From positions 140,635 through 204,634 of the forward strand of contig NIVC01002098.1 of assembly GCA_002269645.1 (NCBI GenBank): 64,000 nucleotides of DNA. The letters run 5' to 3'. A model generated the notes under the pieces. It worked only from the letters and a program-made list of their open reading frames with translations. It did no database searches and was not told where the DNA came from. Position numbers and translations under genes: made by a program. Shown piece after piece: positions 1 through 12,936 of the stretch; position 1 is the first letter of the stretch, and every line of letters starts with the position of its first letter. This stretch comes from Macrostomum lignano. Its lineage: Eukaryota.

Positions 1-95
1 CACAGCACTCAGAATCTCACTGATTCAGCATCACAGCACTCAGAATCCCACTGATTCAGCGTCACAGAACTCAAAATCCCATTGATTCAAGATCA
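1..95. repeat. ~31-bp tandem repeat (about 3 copies, truncated by window edge)
   Basis: Unit CACAGCACTCAGAATCTCACTGATTCAGCAT repeated with substitutions. Confidence 0.7.
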
Positions 96-123
96 CAGCA
101 CAGAAACATAGGAAAATGCAGAC

Positions 124-377
124 CTAACAGTCCACACACAGTACTCATTGGAAAGGATACTATTTAAACTACTGTGCAATTCCGTACCAACAGTATTGGC
201 GTTCTCCGTCTCCAAGGACTCCACCCCTGGATCAATCCAGGCACATTGAGCTGAGCATTCCTCATGGCTGGCATCGTTAATGCAGACTCCGCCAACAGCA
301 TTTCTATGAGTATCTCGCGTTGAACTCGTTCTCATGGCATATATGAATGGCTGCAATCTTTTATCATGCCCGGCAGA
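124..377 (-). CDS. Possible internal exon of an unidentified host gene
   Basis: Open frame on the minus strand flanked by TTATTTCAG| and GTTAG|GT. No recognisable domain. Confidence 0.3.
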
Positions 378-854
378 CTGAAATAATTGCATTGATTAGC
401 GGCTTTGCTTTAAGTGAAACAATAATTCAAAACTTATGGTTTGACTGAATGATTTGTAACAACTAACAATCCGCGGTTGCGATATAAAGATATCAGTTTC
501 AGCAATTTATGTACATCCATAATAATTTTTTACATAACAGGTGCGCCGAAGTGTAAAACAGAATATATCAAATTAATGATGAAAATAAAATGAAAATATA
601 CAGCAGTTTGTAAAAAACTTCTTTACTATACAGTTATAATACAAACTACTTCAAACCTTAAACTATACAGCTTAATTAGCTTAATTAGGAAAAAGTAAAG
701 TCAAATTCAGACTACAAGAATAGGATAAAAATGCCTAAAGTTGTGTTCCTAAAACAAGTTTTAACATTGCAGAAACACAGTATAATAGCAACTTTTGGAC
801 AAACGTGACATAGCAAACTGGCACTGGCAGTGCAGCACGCATTTTACTGATTAG

Positions 855-1140
855 GTGGAAATTGCCATAGACTATAGGGCCATAACTGGCTGATCAAGTG
901 AAAATTACCATAGACTATAGGCCCATATCTGGCTCATCAAGTGAAAATTACCATAGACTATAAGCTCATAACTGGCAGATCAAGTGAAAATTACCATAGA
1001 CTATAGGCCTAGATCTGACTGATCAAGTGAAAGTTACTATAAACTATAGGCCTAGATCTGGCTGATCAAGTGAAAGTTACCATAGACTATAGGCCTAGAT
1101 CTGGCTGATCAAGTGAAAGTTACCATAGACTATAGGTCAT
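855..1140. repeat. 43-bp minisatellite (~6.5 copies)
   Basis: GTGAAAATTACCATAGACTATAGG... recurs at 898, 941, 984 and onward. Confidence 0.9.
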
Positions 1141-1512
1141 GTGCACACTTGCATTAATCAAAGTTTGCTCGCATTAGATATAGTAAGAAGCAAGGCAATC
1201 ACTAGATTGTTTTTTAATACCACAATCGGCATAAAAACCCATGTTTATTTCCCTGATAAATAAATAAAAAGAATACAAGCTATACAATTGTTAAATATTA
1301 TCTTACTGGATAAAAAAGAATGCAGGGTCTCAAAGACAAACGGGACAATACTCGTCACTAAATAATTTTCACTAAGCTGAAGCATTTTTTGAAGCATTCT
1401 TTCGTCCTAGGAATTGAATTTTTAAAAATAATTCTACTAAGAAGCGGATAATTATAAAACAGATTAAATCCCCTCATATTCTCCCAGATTGATGCATTCA
1501 TTTAAAAGCGGC

Positions 1513-2024
1513 TTAATCGCGCCACCAGAATTGCAAATCGCCGTCAAGCGAACCCGTAGCGACGACGCCATCCCGACAGCTGACCGAGACGGCGTTGGGC
1601 CAGCCGGCCAGCGGCCTGGGCGGCAGAGTGGCCAAATAGGCCTGCATTGGGTGCCGCTCCCGGCAGACCAGCACTGCACCGTCGGGCGAATCAATGCAGG
1701 TCACATTGTTGCCGACTCCTAGTTTCTGATGCTGTTGCTGTTGCTGCTCCTGCTGCACCGAATCGCTACCAACAAACTCGACGGCGTCGAGATCGGCAGC
1801 GAACGAGCTGGCATCGATGAGGCGGCAATGACGGCGGCACCAGTTGAAGCAGCGAATACCGCCGTGCTGTACGGCGCCCCAGATCTGTCTGGTGTCGCCG
1901 GCGTCGCCTGCCGGCTGTTGGCTGGACAGACAGCGGAGGTAGCGGGATCGGCCAAGGCTGAACTGCTGGACAGGCTGGCTTAGGCTGGCTCTGAGGTCCG
2001 TCACGCATACGTTGGTGTCTTCGC
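1513..2024 (-). CDS. FBXW9: FBXW9-like F-box/WD40 protein, exon 3
   Basis: Acceptor CACGCAG|GC joins LTA-G|EDTNVCVTDLR in frame. C-terminal WD repeat GVVATGSLDGDLQFW, stop TAA at 1513-1515. Confidence 0.75.
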
Positions 2025-2099
2025 CTGCGTGATCGGGGTGACTTTGCATTGGATACTGGAGACTGGGATTTATAAGGCAAAATATCTCAGATTAGCATT

Positions 2100-2470
2100 A
2101 GAAAGGCGATTTTTTCTCGGAATTAGGGGCGATTTTCTGTCGGGATTGAAATCTCTCCGGGTATTTTAAAGGCGATTTCTCTCAAGATTGGCGGGCGATT
2201 TTCTCTCGAAACTGGGGGGGGGGGAGGCAATTTAATCTCGTGATTAGGAAGTGGCGATTTTCTCTCGAAATTGGGGGGGGGGGCGATTTTCTCTCGAATT
2301 AGGGGCGATTTTCTCAGAGAATTAGGGGCCATTTTCTCACAGAGTTAGGGGCGATTTTTCTTAGGATTAGGGGCGATTTTCTCTCGGGATTAGGAGATTT
2401 GCTCTCGAGATTAGGGGAGGAAGGGGCGATTTCCTCTCAAAATTGGGGGGGGGGAATTTTCTTTCGAAGT
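2100..2470. repeat. Degenerate short tandem repeat in FBXW9 intron 2
   Basis: Many copies of AGGGGCGATTTTCTCTCG-like units. Confidence 0.8.
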
Positions 2471-2557
2471 GGGGGGATAAATTGCTGATATTGCTGTGAA
2501 AAAAATTAACTAAACAAGCCAGCCTGTGCAGCAATAAATATGCTTAACAAGACTCAC

Positions 2558-2942
2558 CCGCGGTGAGCAGGTAGTGATCCGACAGCGGTAGCACGCACAG
2601 CACTGGCCTGGAGCTGTGCACCGTGACTCGCCGCCTTGTATCGCGAATATCTCTACAGTCAAGCACGTAGGCGCTCCGATCGAAGCAGCCGGCCAGGGCG
2701 ACGTTCTTCCCCAGCCAGGCGGTGCACAGGACCGGGCTGCCCAGCATCACGGCATCGGCCAGCTGGGCGGGGTGCAGGGCAAACCGGCGCAGCACCCGGT
2801 CCCAGCATCCCGTCAGCACCGAGTCCTCGTGGGCCGCCACGCTCCAGATCCAGCCGCGGTGGTGCTGCCGGTCACGGTAGGAGAAGCAATCCGCGTCCGC
2901 GGCGCCCGACCGGATGCCGCGCAGCGACACCAGCCCGAACGT
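2558..2942 (-). CDS. FBXW9: FBXW9-like protein, exon 2 (WD40 repeats)
   Basis: HRGWIWSVAAHEDSVLTGCWD and PVLC motifs match FBXW9-type WD repeats. Acceptor CCATGCAG|ACG, donor G|GTGAGT. Confidence 0.8.
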
Positions 2943-3340
2943 CTGCATGGGATGGAAGACAGGGAGTCGCTGATGGATGAAACAGAAGCATTTACCGAAG
3001 ACGCAGGCCATCCGTGATGCGAGTTTTTGTTTGTGTTTTTAATTATTGAGGAAGGCTTTGGGAATTTTCCGCCGAGCTCTAAGCAGGCTCACAAAGGGTG
3101 CACATCGGCCTGGGGTTCTCATTGTCAGGCATGTCAGGTCCAAAATTAATGAAGGCCCACCATGTGCGGAATCGAACCCAGGGTCTATCTATTGTGCGAG
3201 GCGACAGATTCAGACGCTCTGATACCCGGACCCGAAACTGAGCTTGAGATTGCAACCCAATTTTCGAGCTTATAATTTTCGAGTTTGTAAAAGTTGACCA
3301 ATGCGAGTTTCGGCATTCCAATCCGAAGGCAGCCACTCGC

Positions 3341-3928
3341 CTGATCGCGGCTGCCAACGGCGGCCAGCCCGCAGCTGCTGGGCAGCAATTGCAGCGCGTC
3401 GATGCACACCCCGATGCCGTACTGCATCCGCCGGTGCCTGGAACGCGACGGATCGCCAAACCGGTCGATTGCCGTCTCCAGGGCTGTACACCGTCTGCGC
3501 CAACGATGCCCGTCGTCAAGATCGTCGACATCCCCGCCGCCGCCGCTGCCACCGTCAGCAGCGTCTTCGGCAGAGTTGATGGAGGAAGTCGACGACAACT
3601 CGTCGGGTAGGCGAAATCGCCGAGGCGCTCCGGCTTCTTCTTGAACGGCTCCGTCGCAGATCTCGCCTGCGCCCGACAGCTGGCGGCTGTGCAGCAGGCG
3701 ACGAACGCGCATCTGCCAGAAGACGCGACTGCCAAGCAGCTGGCGCATCCGCTGGCAGGTGGCGCTCAACTGGGCGACGGAGCGGCAGTCCAGGTGGCCG
3801 CACAGGCGCTCAATTAGTTCAACGGGCAAGCGGATTAGCTGGCTATTATCAAGCGTATCGATTGCGTTGCCGGGCAAATTCTCTTTGTTACTATTGTCAC
3901 TGGGCGTTGAACGCACGAGAGCCGTCAT
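3341..3928 (-). CDS. FBXW9: FBXW9-like protein, exon 1 (F-box and first WD repeat)
   Basis: F-box LIRLPVELIERLCGHLDCRSVAQLSATCQRM...W, then CIDALQLL...AVGSRDQ. Probable GC donor CAG|GCGAGT. Confidence 0.8.
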
Positions 3929-4139
3929 GCTGTTAAATTTACTGATGAGTAATCTTATAGGACAGCAGCTATCGGCGGTAGCTACCGCACTAGAAGGCGG
4001 TTGAAAATTGAAAATCCATCATCAAACTGTAAAAATAGTCTATGGCTATTGTAGCTAATAATTGGCGAACTGGGTCAGTTACTCGTACTTCTACAGCTTC
4101 TAATGAGTTCAAAAAACAAGCCGCAGTCTTGTTGGAAAC

Positions 4140-5080
4140 ATCGGATATTCTTAGGATTATCCACCGGATTTCTATGGGATTTATCATATGGATTAATGTG
4201 GGATTATCGGACAGATTTTTATGGGATTTATCATATGGATTATTGTGGGATTATCGGACGGATTTCTGTGGAATTTATATGGATTATTGCAGGATTATTG
4301 GACGGATTTCTGTGGGAGTTATCATATGGATTAACGTGGGATTATCTGATGGCTTTCTGTGGGAATTATCTTATGGATTAATGTGAGATTATCGGACGGA
4401 TTTCTGTAAGATTTATCATATGGATTATTGCAGGATTATCTGACAGATTTCTGTGGGAGTTATCATATGGATTAATGTGGGATTATCTGACAGATTTCTG
4501 TGGGAGTTATCATATGGATTAATGTGGGATTATCTGACAGATTTCTGTGGGAGTTATCATATGGATTAATGTGGGATTATCTGACAGATTTCTGTGGGAT
4601 TTATCATATGGATTAATGTGGGATTATCTGACAGATTTCTGTGGGAGTTATCATATGGATTAATGTGGGATTATCTGACAGATTTCTGTGGGAGTTATCA
4701 TATGGATTAATGTGGGATTATCTGACAGATTTCTGTGGGAGTTATCATATGGATTAATGTGGGATTATCTGACAGATTTCTGTGGGATTTATCATATGGA
4801 TTAATGTGGGATTATCTGACAGATTTCTGTGGGAGTTATCATATGGATTAATGTGGGATTATCTGACAGATTTCTGTGGGAGTTATCATATGGATTAATG
4901 TGGGATTATCGGACAGATTTCTGTGGGAGTTATCATATGGATTAATGTGAGATTATCTGACAGATTTCTGTGGGAGTTATCATATGGGTTATTGTGGGAT
5001 TTATTATATGGATTAATGTGGGATTTATCGGAGTGAATTCTGCGGGAATTATCATATGGATTAATGTGGGATTATCGAAT
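4140..5080. repeat. 47-bp minisatellite (~19 copies) between CLP1 and FBXW9
   Basis: Unit GGATTATCTGACAGATTTCTGTGGGAGTTATCATATGGATTAATGTG. Confidence 0.95.
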
Positions 5081-5308
5081 GATTTGGCTTAACTTCTGTA
5101 GGGATTATCTCACCTATTTTGCGGGAGTTAAAGTAGACAAGGAGCACCGAAAACTGGCTAAAATTTAAAGACGCAAAGACAAACAAAGATGATCAAGTCA
5201 ATTATTAAATATTAATTATTATTATTGTACACTGCATAATATCCCGCAGACACTAATATAAAAGCAGTAGCAATTAAAACAGTGCGCAGAATGCAATATT
5301 GAGAATAC

Positions 5309-5833
5309 TCAGGACATCATCCAGGTAGCGGTGCTAACCAGCATCAGATTACTTGGCGGCGTGCCGCTAGCCGGCGCCAGAGCCACTACGCTGTCGTTAA
5401 GCACGTCGACTACAACGCAGAATCCGTAGACAGGATAGTCGGCCAGCTGGTCGGACGAGGTCGCCTGGCTGACGCCCAGCAGCGCGTGCAGCAGGCTGCG
5501 ATCCGGCAGCACCCGGACAGCGCGGCGCCAGTGCTCCTCTCGTTCGGACTTCTCGTGGCCAAGCGGCAGCAGCGACGAAGGCAGCGCCTGCACGCCCAGC
5601 CTATAGAATTGAAACGCGCTAGTTGGCATGCTAATCCGGTGCGGACTGAGGCTCAGCAGCGGCCCTTTAAAGTATTCCGTCACTTTTCTGTCGCGCAATT
5701 CCTGTCGAATCTCCTGGCCGCGGTCGGCTACGCCGCGCGACTTTGGCAGGGTGACAATTTTGACAAAGCTGGGCAAATCTCGCTTTAGATCGTTGTACAG
5801 CCGCTCCGACTCGATCACGAATATTAAATCCAC
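5309..5833 (-). CDS. CLP1: CLP1 polyribonucleotide 5'-hydroxyl kinase, exon 3
   Basis: VDLIFVIESERLYNDLKRDLP...LPKSRGV...LPSSLLPLG matches the CLP1 C-terminal half. Acceptor CCTCAG|GTG. Confidence 0.92.
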   Translation of the reverse strand: MDLIFVIESERLYNDLKRDLPSFVKIVTLPKSRGVADRGQEIRQELRDRKVTEYFKGPLLSLSPHRISMPTSAFQFYRLGVQALPSSLLPLGHEKSEREEHWRRAVRVLPDRSLLHALLGVSQATSSDQLADYPVYGFCVVVDVLNDSVVALAPASGTPPSNLMLVSTATWMMS

Positions 5834-5864
5834 CTGAGGTATAATGCGAGCAGTTCTGATTGGA

Positions 5865-6660
5865 GTGCTACCCCGGCCCTTCTATCATTTATTCAGAGTG
5901 CTAATTCCTCAGTAACTCATTGGGAGTGCTAGTCCCTCAGTCACCCATTGAGAGTGCTAATCCCTCAGGCACCCATTGGGAGTGCTAGTCCCTCAGTCAC
6001 TCATTGAGAGTGCTAATCCCTCAGGCACCCATTGGGAGTGCTAATCTCTCAGTCACCCATTGGGAGTGCTAATCCCTCAGTCACCCATTGGGAGTGCTAA
6101 TCTCTCAGTCACCCATTGGGAGTGCTAATCCCTCAGTCACCCATTGGGAGTGCTAGTCCCTCAGTCACCCATTGGGAGTGCTAGTCCCTCAGTCACCCAT
6201 TGGGAGTGCTAATCCCTCAGTCACCCATTGGGAGTGCTAATCTCTCAGTCACCCATTGGGAGTGCTAATCCCTCAGTCACCCATTGGGAGTGCTAGTCCC
6301 TCAGTCACCCATTGGGAGTGCTAGTCCCTCAGGCACCCATTGGGAGTGCTAATCTCTCAGTCACCCATTGGGAGTGCTAATCCCTCAGTCACCCATTGGG
6401 AGTGCTAATCTCTCAGTCACCCATTGGGAGTGCTAATCCCTCAGTCACCCATTGGGAGTGCTAGTCCCTCAGTCACCCATTGGGAGTGCTAGTCCCTCAG
6501 TCACCCATTGGGAGTGCTAATCCCTCAGTCACCCATTGGGAGTGCTAATCTCTCAGTCACCCATTGGGAGTGCTAATCCCTCAGTCACCCATTGGGAGTG
6601 CTAGTCCCTCAGTCACACATTGGGAGTGCTAATCCCTCAGTCACCCATTAGGAGTGTTAC
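5865..6660. repeat. 28-bp minisatellite in CLP1 intron 2 (~28 copies)
   Basis: Unit CACCCATTGGGAGTGCTA(A/G)TCCCTCAGT. Confidence 0.95.
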
Positions 6661-6698
6661 CCTCTCCGTTTAGATAGTCGTTAGAGGCTTGAACAAAC

Positions 6699-7032
6699 CT
6701 CAAAAGCGCTGGCGCACTGTTTAATAGCATCGTATCCTTCGAGTTTAATCCAGCCGCATGTGTTTATTACCAAGCCGGCATAATTAGCATCCTGGTCGTA
6801 TTCGCAGCGCTTATTAACGTACTCGGCTAGCCGGTTCATCATATAAAAGTACAAATTAATATTAGCCTGCGGATTCGTGTGGCCAAATTGGAATAGCACC
6901 GGGGCTTGCTCAGTCTCAAGGCCCTCCTCGATGTCGAACGGCTTGCGCACTGGCACGGCGCCCATTGTGCCGGGCACGCTGATCTGCGACTGGCCGACGT
7001 CGACGTCAACGTAGATTGGCTTGGACTTCTCT
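6699..7032 (-). CDS. CLP1: CLP1, exon 2
   Basis: PIYVDVDVGQSQISVPGTMGA...INTCGW...AFE. Acceptor CATCCAG|A, donor GAG|GTTTGT. Phases join exons 1 and 3. Confidence 0.92.
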
Positions 7033-7159
7033 CTGGATGGGCAACGGCGATTAGGAGAGAGATCTTCCGGATTGTTGCAGGTCTGGCCAATTCTTTATCC
7101 TCGAGTTGCACCATTTTTATGTCGATCTTTTCATCTATCGTGTCTATCTATTCGATTAT

Positions 7160-7640
7160 TTGTCTGCTGTGTCTACCTCTCTGTCTATCAGTCTACTATG
7201 CCTACCTCTATATGCCTCTCAGTCTACTGTGTCTACCTCTCTATGCCTCCCAGTCTACTGTCTACCTCTCTATGCCTCCCAGTCTACTGTGTCTACCTCT
7301 CTATGCCTCCCAGTCTACTGTGTCTACCTCTCTATGCCTCTCAGTCTACTGTGTCTACCTCTCTATGCCTCCCAGTCTACTGTGTCTACCTCTCTATGCC
7401 TCTCAGTCTGCTGTGTCTACCTCTCTATGCCTCTCAGTCTACTGTATCTACCTCTCTAGCCTCTCAGTCTACTGTATCTACCTCTCTATGCCTCTCAGTC
7501 TACTGTATCTACCTTTTTGTCTTTCAGTCTACTGCCTACTTTTCTATATCTCTCAGTCTACTGTCTACCTCTCTAAGTTCCTAAGTCTACTGTGTCTATT
7601 TGCCTATGCCTCTCAGTCTACCGTGTCTACCTTCACTGCA
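7160..7640. repeat. 31-bp minisatellite in CLP1 intron 1
   Basis: Unit AGTCTACTGTGTCTACCTCTCTATGCCTC(T/C)C. Confidence 0.92.
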
Positions 7641-7803
7641 GACTGCAGACATAATGTTTACTGATTACTTAGACTTAGACCCGAAGAATCCCAATAATCA
7701 TAAAATGATTGATAGTTTATCCACAGTGAAATTCAGGATGCCAAAATGAAATTTGATGTGTCATGATATGAACCTAGACGGCAACAAGAAATAGAAGCAC
7801 TAC

Positions 7804-8252
7804 CTAGTAGCCCAGGACACCAATTGTCGACAAAGCGACGTCTTGCCGGCATCCTTCGGTCCGCAGACGAGAACCCGCGGCCCGCGCCGTCTCGCCTCCT
7901 GTGCCTGACGGCGCAGCTGCTGCAGGGCGGCGTGACAGTTGACGTACACGGTGACAGCGTGGGTGTCCTTAGAAGTATAACGGGACTCCGTCTCGCCCCA
8001 GACCTTCAGTTCGCAGCCGCTGAAGGTGAACACGGCCGCCTTGGACCCGGCGGGGAAATGGTAGCGCCTCTGGCGCACAAGCTCGGTGCCGAACACTTCG
8101 GCTTTGCCTTCGACCAGCTTCACCCAGAAGCTGGACGTGCTGAGCGCTTCGAAACGGAGCTCGCAGAAATCATCCAGCTGGACGGTCTGGCCGCCCTCCG
8201 GCTCGGGCTCGACTTCAGGGACCTCCTCTGCGTCGGCGGCCGTGTCAGTCAT
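7804..8252 (-). CDS. CLP1: CLP1, exon 1
   Basis: ELRFE...GKAEVFGTEL...AVFTFSGC...Walker A GPKDAGKT. Donor ACTAG|GTAG. Start ATG 8252 (8297 is an alternative). Confidence 0.92.
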
Positions 8253-8609
8253 TGTTAACTTGCAGAATAACAATGATAAGTCACGCTGATTGTTCACATA
8301 AGTAATTGCTGTAGATTAGGTATATTAGCCTGAATTCGCATTGTCTGGGCTTCATTTTCAACATTCAGTCTTCTAGTCAGCAAAATTTGGTTAACTTCAA
8401 ATTTGCCAATAGCAGAAATCCAAATATCAGATTAATAAACTCATGGCTGATTCATGGAAAAATTCCTTTCAATTTAGCAACTTAATGCTGATTCTTTGAT
8501 ATTTATATTATTCAAGCAACTTATCTTTTGTCAAGCTCACTGAACTAAGACCCTAAGCCAATACTTGTGAAAAGCATTTGGTTTCTAAAAAACATAATCA
8601 GAGAGTGAA

Positions 8610-9240
8610 ATCTATTCTGGCTCATTGTGTTGTCTGTTTAAGGTGCAAGAATGGCCCCTATTCTATGAAGCTCATTGCTCCTTCTATGCTAGACTTTCAC
8701 CTAAGATTTGGTCCATTCTAGACTATTAGACTAGACTACAGTGGTCCAATATACGAGCGTACTATTAGATAGGGAGGTATATAAAGCATTGTCATATTCA
8801 CATGTTCTGCTATACAAATAGTCTACCTTGAGCTAGTCAATGGCATGACTGCTACTCAATTCATCAACGGCTTGCAAAATTTTGTATCAAGACATAGAGT
8901 AACATAGCTAAATAGGGCCTAGCAACAATTCTAAGACCCCCAAATAAGCAGCTTGCATTTTTGAGGCCAGCACTAGTTTCTAGGTGGAATCATTTAACTT
9001 ATAAAAGAGGAGTTACATATAAATTCATTTCCAAGAGAGCCCCATGGTGGAGAGGCTTTTTGGAATATACATCTTGATGATCAGCATTATAAAGGCCTGT
9101 CTGAAGAAAAGCATGGGCAAGAGACTTCTAAAATTTGATCAGCTACTTACAACCATCATAGAGATTGAAGCTATTGTTTATAGTCACCTACTAATGCATA
9201 TCTATAGATGATGAGAATTGTTGGCACCATTTCTTATATT
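8610..9240 (+). pseudogene. Decayed BEL/Pao LTR-retrotransposon integrase remnant
   Basis: Manual translation gives LDYSGPIY (cf. GLDYAGP) and KFISKRAPWWRGF (cf. APWWGGFWE), with stops and frameshifts. Confidence 0.7.
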
Positions 9241-9847
9241 GCTTATTGCAAGTCTTGAGTCTTATCTTATTTATTATAATCTAAAATTTCAAATTTTAGC
9301 TTTGTAATATTATACTTGGGTTAGGATAAGTCTAATGACTATAAGACACAAGCAATATAAAATTAAGAAAAGCCTATCTTATTATTACTGAAATGTCCAA
9401 AAATATTACTGAGTTACTTTTAACTATTATCTATTCAATTTTTATTACTAAATAGTCTTAGATTTGTTAGTTTTATTATATATCAAGAAAATTTTATTTC
9501 TCAATTTGATAAATTTATTGATAAGATTCAAATCATTCTTATACCTTTAATACCTATTTTTCCTTATCTCAAACTAATGATAACTTTAAGTTGTATAAGA
9601 AGTATTGTTTGGAAGATTAGATAAGGTATACACCAATCAAAATTGGTATACAAAGTAGATTTAAGGATGGTTTTGATATATATAAGTAGACTTGAAGATT
9701 GACCAACATTGCTAATATGCAAATTGGCATATATTAATTTTAGACATACTTTACCACATGGTATAATATATATTTATGTAATGTTACAAATTTATTTTTT
9801 TGTTTGTTAATTTTTTTCTTATGGTTAAAAAATACTTGTTAATATAT

Positions 9848-10115
9848 CATACATGCGCAACCCCCCTGATTTACACTGGCCATGCGACTTACTTTTTGAC
9901 CAAAAATGTGACCTACCTGGGAAAAAAACCCTAGAGCAACATTAACTCAATTTTGGGTAAACGGCAGGAGTAACTATGACTGTCTTATAAGGGCTAAATG
10001 CCTCCTCATCTAATTAGTGCTATATCTGTATTCTTTGGGGTGGGCATTTTTGTGACTTACCCCTGGTCCACCACGATTTATAGTAGCCAGATCGGCCAGC
10101 AGTTGCGCATGTATG
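9848..10115. mobile_element. hAT-type MITE, family A copy 1
   Basis: TIRs CATACATGCGCAAC...GTTGCGCATGTATG with an 8-bp TSD TAATATAT on both sides. Confidence 0.9.
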
Positions 10116-10556
10116 TAATATATTAATATAAAAATTCTAACCTCTTAATACTAAAACTGGTGCAATGCTTGTCTGTATGTATGTTGTAACTGAACTCCTA
10201 CAATTTATTATATAAAAATAGAGTTCCACTATAGCTATAGATATATATGGGAAGTTATGGATACATTGCTTTTGGCTTCCAAGTTACAGATATAGATATA
10301 GTTATAGGAATAGGAATTTTACCAGATTTTTGCCACATCTTATATAAACCTAGTTTTTATAACTGACAAAAATTTTGGTACATTTACATGCATCTTTGTT
10401 TAATTAGCTATATCATACCTTGAAAATATCTAGAATCAATGTCATGATGCAAATATGCTTATAAGTTCAATGTTACAATAATAACTGTTTGAAACACAAC
10501 TTGTCAACAAATGTATTGTACTATACATTCATAATAAAATGTCAAATATGAGTGTA

Positions 10557-11472
10557 CAAGGTGTGGCCAAAAAGTAACGAGAATTACTGTTTAAATCTGA
10601 AAATACGAGCTTTTACTAAAATCAAACGATGTCTCCTTGAAGCTCAGCTTCTCAGTGTTTATAGAAATCAGTATTTTGCCAAAGTGTTTTGTTTTTCATA
10701 ATTTTTTTTATTTTTAATTACAGCTGTCACACTGCTGTGTCACAAAATGAACAACGAGCAACAAGTCAACATCAAGTTTTTGGTGAAACTTGGCAAGAAG
10801 CCATCGGAATGCCTCTAGCTGCTTCGTGAGGTGTACGGAGATGATGCTATGTCTCAGGCGAGGGTGTATGAGTGGCACAAGTGATTCTGGGATGGACGGG
10901 AGAGCGTCGATGACGATCAGAAGACTGGACAACCTTCAACTGCAAGAACTGATGAGAATGTGTCCAGGGTGCGAGATTTGGTTCATGCTGATCGACATCT
11001 TACCATCAGAATGATCGCTGCTGAGTTGGGCATGGCCAAGGAGTCAGTCAGAAACATTCTTGTCGAAGATCTTAGCATGAGGAAGCTGTGTGCGAAGATG
11101 GTGCCAAAGTTGCTCTCTCAAAGCACTCTCAGTGAGACAGTTTTTGGCCAAAAGACAGGTCGCAGAGTTGAGCCACCCACCTTATTCACCGGATATGGCG
11201 CCGAGCGATTTCTGGCTCTTTCCCAAGGTGAAGCAGGTACTCAAAGGATCCAGATTTGAAGACTTGGACGCCATCAAGGAGTGTGTGACAAGGGTGCTGA
11301 GAGGCATCACGAAGAGGACTACCAGGGCTGCATCAGGAGCTGGTACCAGCGATTGAGGCGATGCGTTGAGAGTGGCAGCAATTACTTTGAAGGCTGCAGT
11401 TGACTGAATTTGCAATTTTTTGTTCTGAAAGTTTTTGTAGCTGAATTCTCGTTACTTTTTGGCCACACCTTG
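10557..11472 (+). mobile_element. Tc1/mariner element with internally deleted, stop-containing transposase
   Basis: ~28-bp TIRs CAAGGTGTGGCCAAAAAGTAACGAGAATT flanked by TA. HTH region from ATG 10747, KMVPKLLS joined directly to ...HPPYSPDMAPSDFWLF, so the first two catalytic Asp are deleted. Confidence 0.92.
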
Positions 11473-11860
11473 TATATATGTATAAGAGCGTATTAAGATA
11501 GCTATTTCTAATTATTGTGAATGGACATTGAATTGTATATGTACATATATATATTGTAGATTATAGCTATATAATATATGTAGGTAGATGCTTGCATAAC
11601 TTAAATACATAATGGAAAAATATGTTTGAAGACATTGCATGGGATTGAGACATGCATGTCCCTGGTAAATATTAATTCCTTATATAAATTAGAGATTCAG
11701 ATGTTTCAAAGACAAATACATCCAAACATATATAGTAACCTAGCTATGCGCCATAGTTTGGAAGGCAACATGTAGGCTTCTATGCTGGGATTTCCTGGTA
11801 TATAACAAGGGTCTTACCATTTTGCAGTATACATTAAGATATATCTTGGCATATATGACA

Positions 11861-12048
11861 CATACATTATGTCACACATGCTTGGGCGCAACCTAGGGAT
11901 TCACCTGGCCATTTCTATTGTCAACACACACATGTAAGTCGCTATTGGACGGAATAGTAGTCACGTGACTACTCTTAGCCAATAGCAACTTATATGTGTA
12001 TGTTGCCAATAGAAATGGCCAAGTGATTCCCAAGGTTGCGCATGTATG
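11861..12048. mobile_element. Foldback MITE related to family A
   Basis: Ends in GTTGCGCATGTATG. The interior is a long imperfect palindrome centred on GTAGTCACGTGACTAC. Left end and TSD unclear. Confidence 0.65.
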
Positions 12049-12248
12049 ATGTCAAATGACAATTTTTTTATATTGGCCCCAGCATATATGAGTTCTTGTC
12101 ATTTATTCTGGCATTAAAACTGGCATATACTAATATATGATCCAAACTATATGCTATATGTACTACCCCCAACCTTTTCACCGTTGCATCCATGGTGGCT
12201 ACCAATGGCTATAAGACTAATTTCTTTAAGACTTATAAGCATCTAGCT

Positions 12249-12483
12249 CATACATGTGCAACAGTTGGCCAAGTCGGCCGATCTGGCTGACCGGTTAAGT
12301 AGCTGATGAGGCATTTTGACTTAATAAGACAGTTATAGTTACTCCTGCCATTTACCCAAAGTTGCGTTAATTTTGCATTAGGGTTTTTTACATGTAAGTC
12401 ACATTTTTGGCCAAAAACTATATTGCATTTTTGTTAAAACTAAGTCGCATGGCCAACTGAATTTTGGAGGTTGCGCATGTATG
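12249..12483. mobile_element. hAT-type MITE, family A copy 2 (opposite orientation to copy 1)
   Basis: Same TIRs, 8-bp TSD ATCTAGCT, interior is the reverse complement of the 9848 copy. Confidence 0.9.
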
Positions 12484-12936
12484 ATCTAGCTCTATTATTG
12501 ACTCCTTATATATAGCTTTTACCAGCTAGCCATCCTGTATATTTTTATGTATATGAACCTATATTGTGACCCTTTACTTTATTGATATATAAACAACTAC
12601 ATGTACATATTGCTAGAATTTACTAAAAACTGTTTACTTTTATAATTGTTTACTTTTTACAAGCTATTGACACTTTTGGATGCTTTGAAAGATAATCCTC
12701 TAGTATAATAATATAATACGCATGATTGCTCTTACTAAAATTATCCCACTGCTGCAACCAGCTGTTGTCAAAGAGGTGTTCCTCTGTCTTTATGAATGAT
12801 CCCACTAGTTAGCCACCAGCTGTTGTAGGGCTACTTTTCTAATTCCTATTATTAAGTTACTAAGTTGTGCTAGTATTAAACTTCTATTGATCTACTTAAT
12901 GTACCTTTGCATGTACGTACTATTATCACTGGTAGC

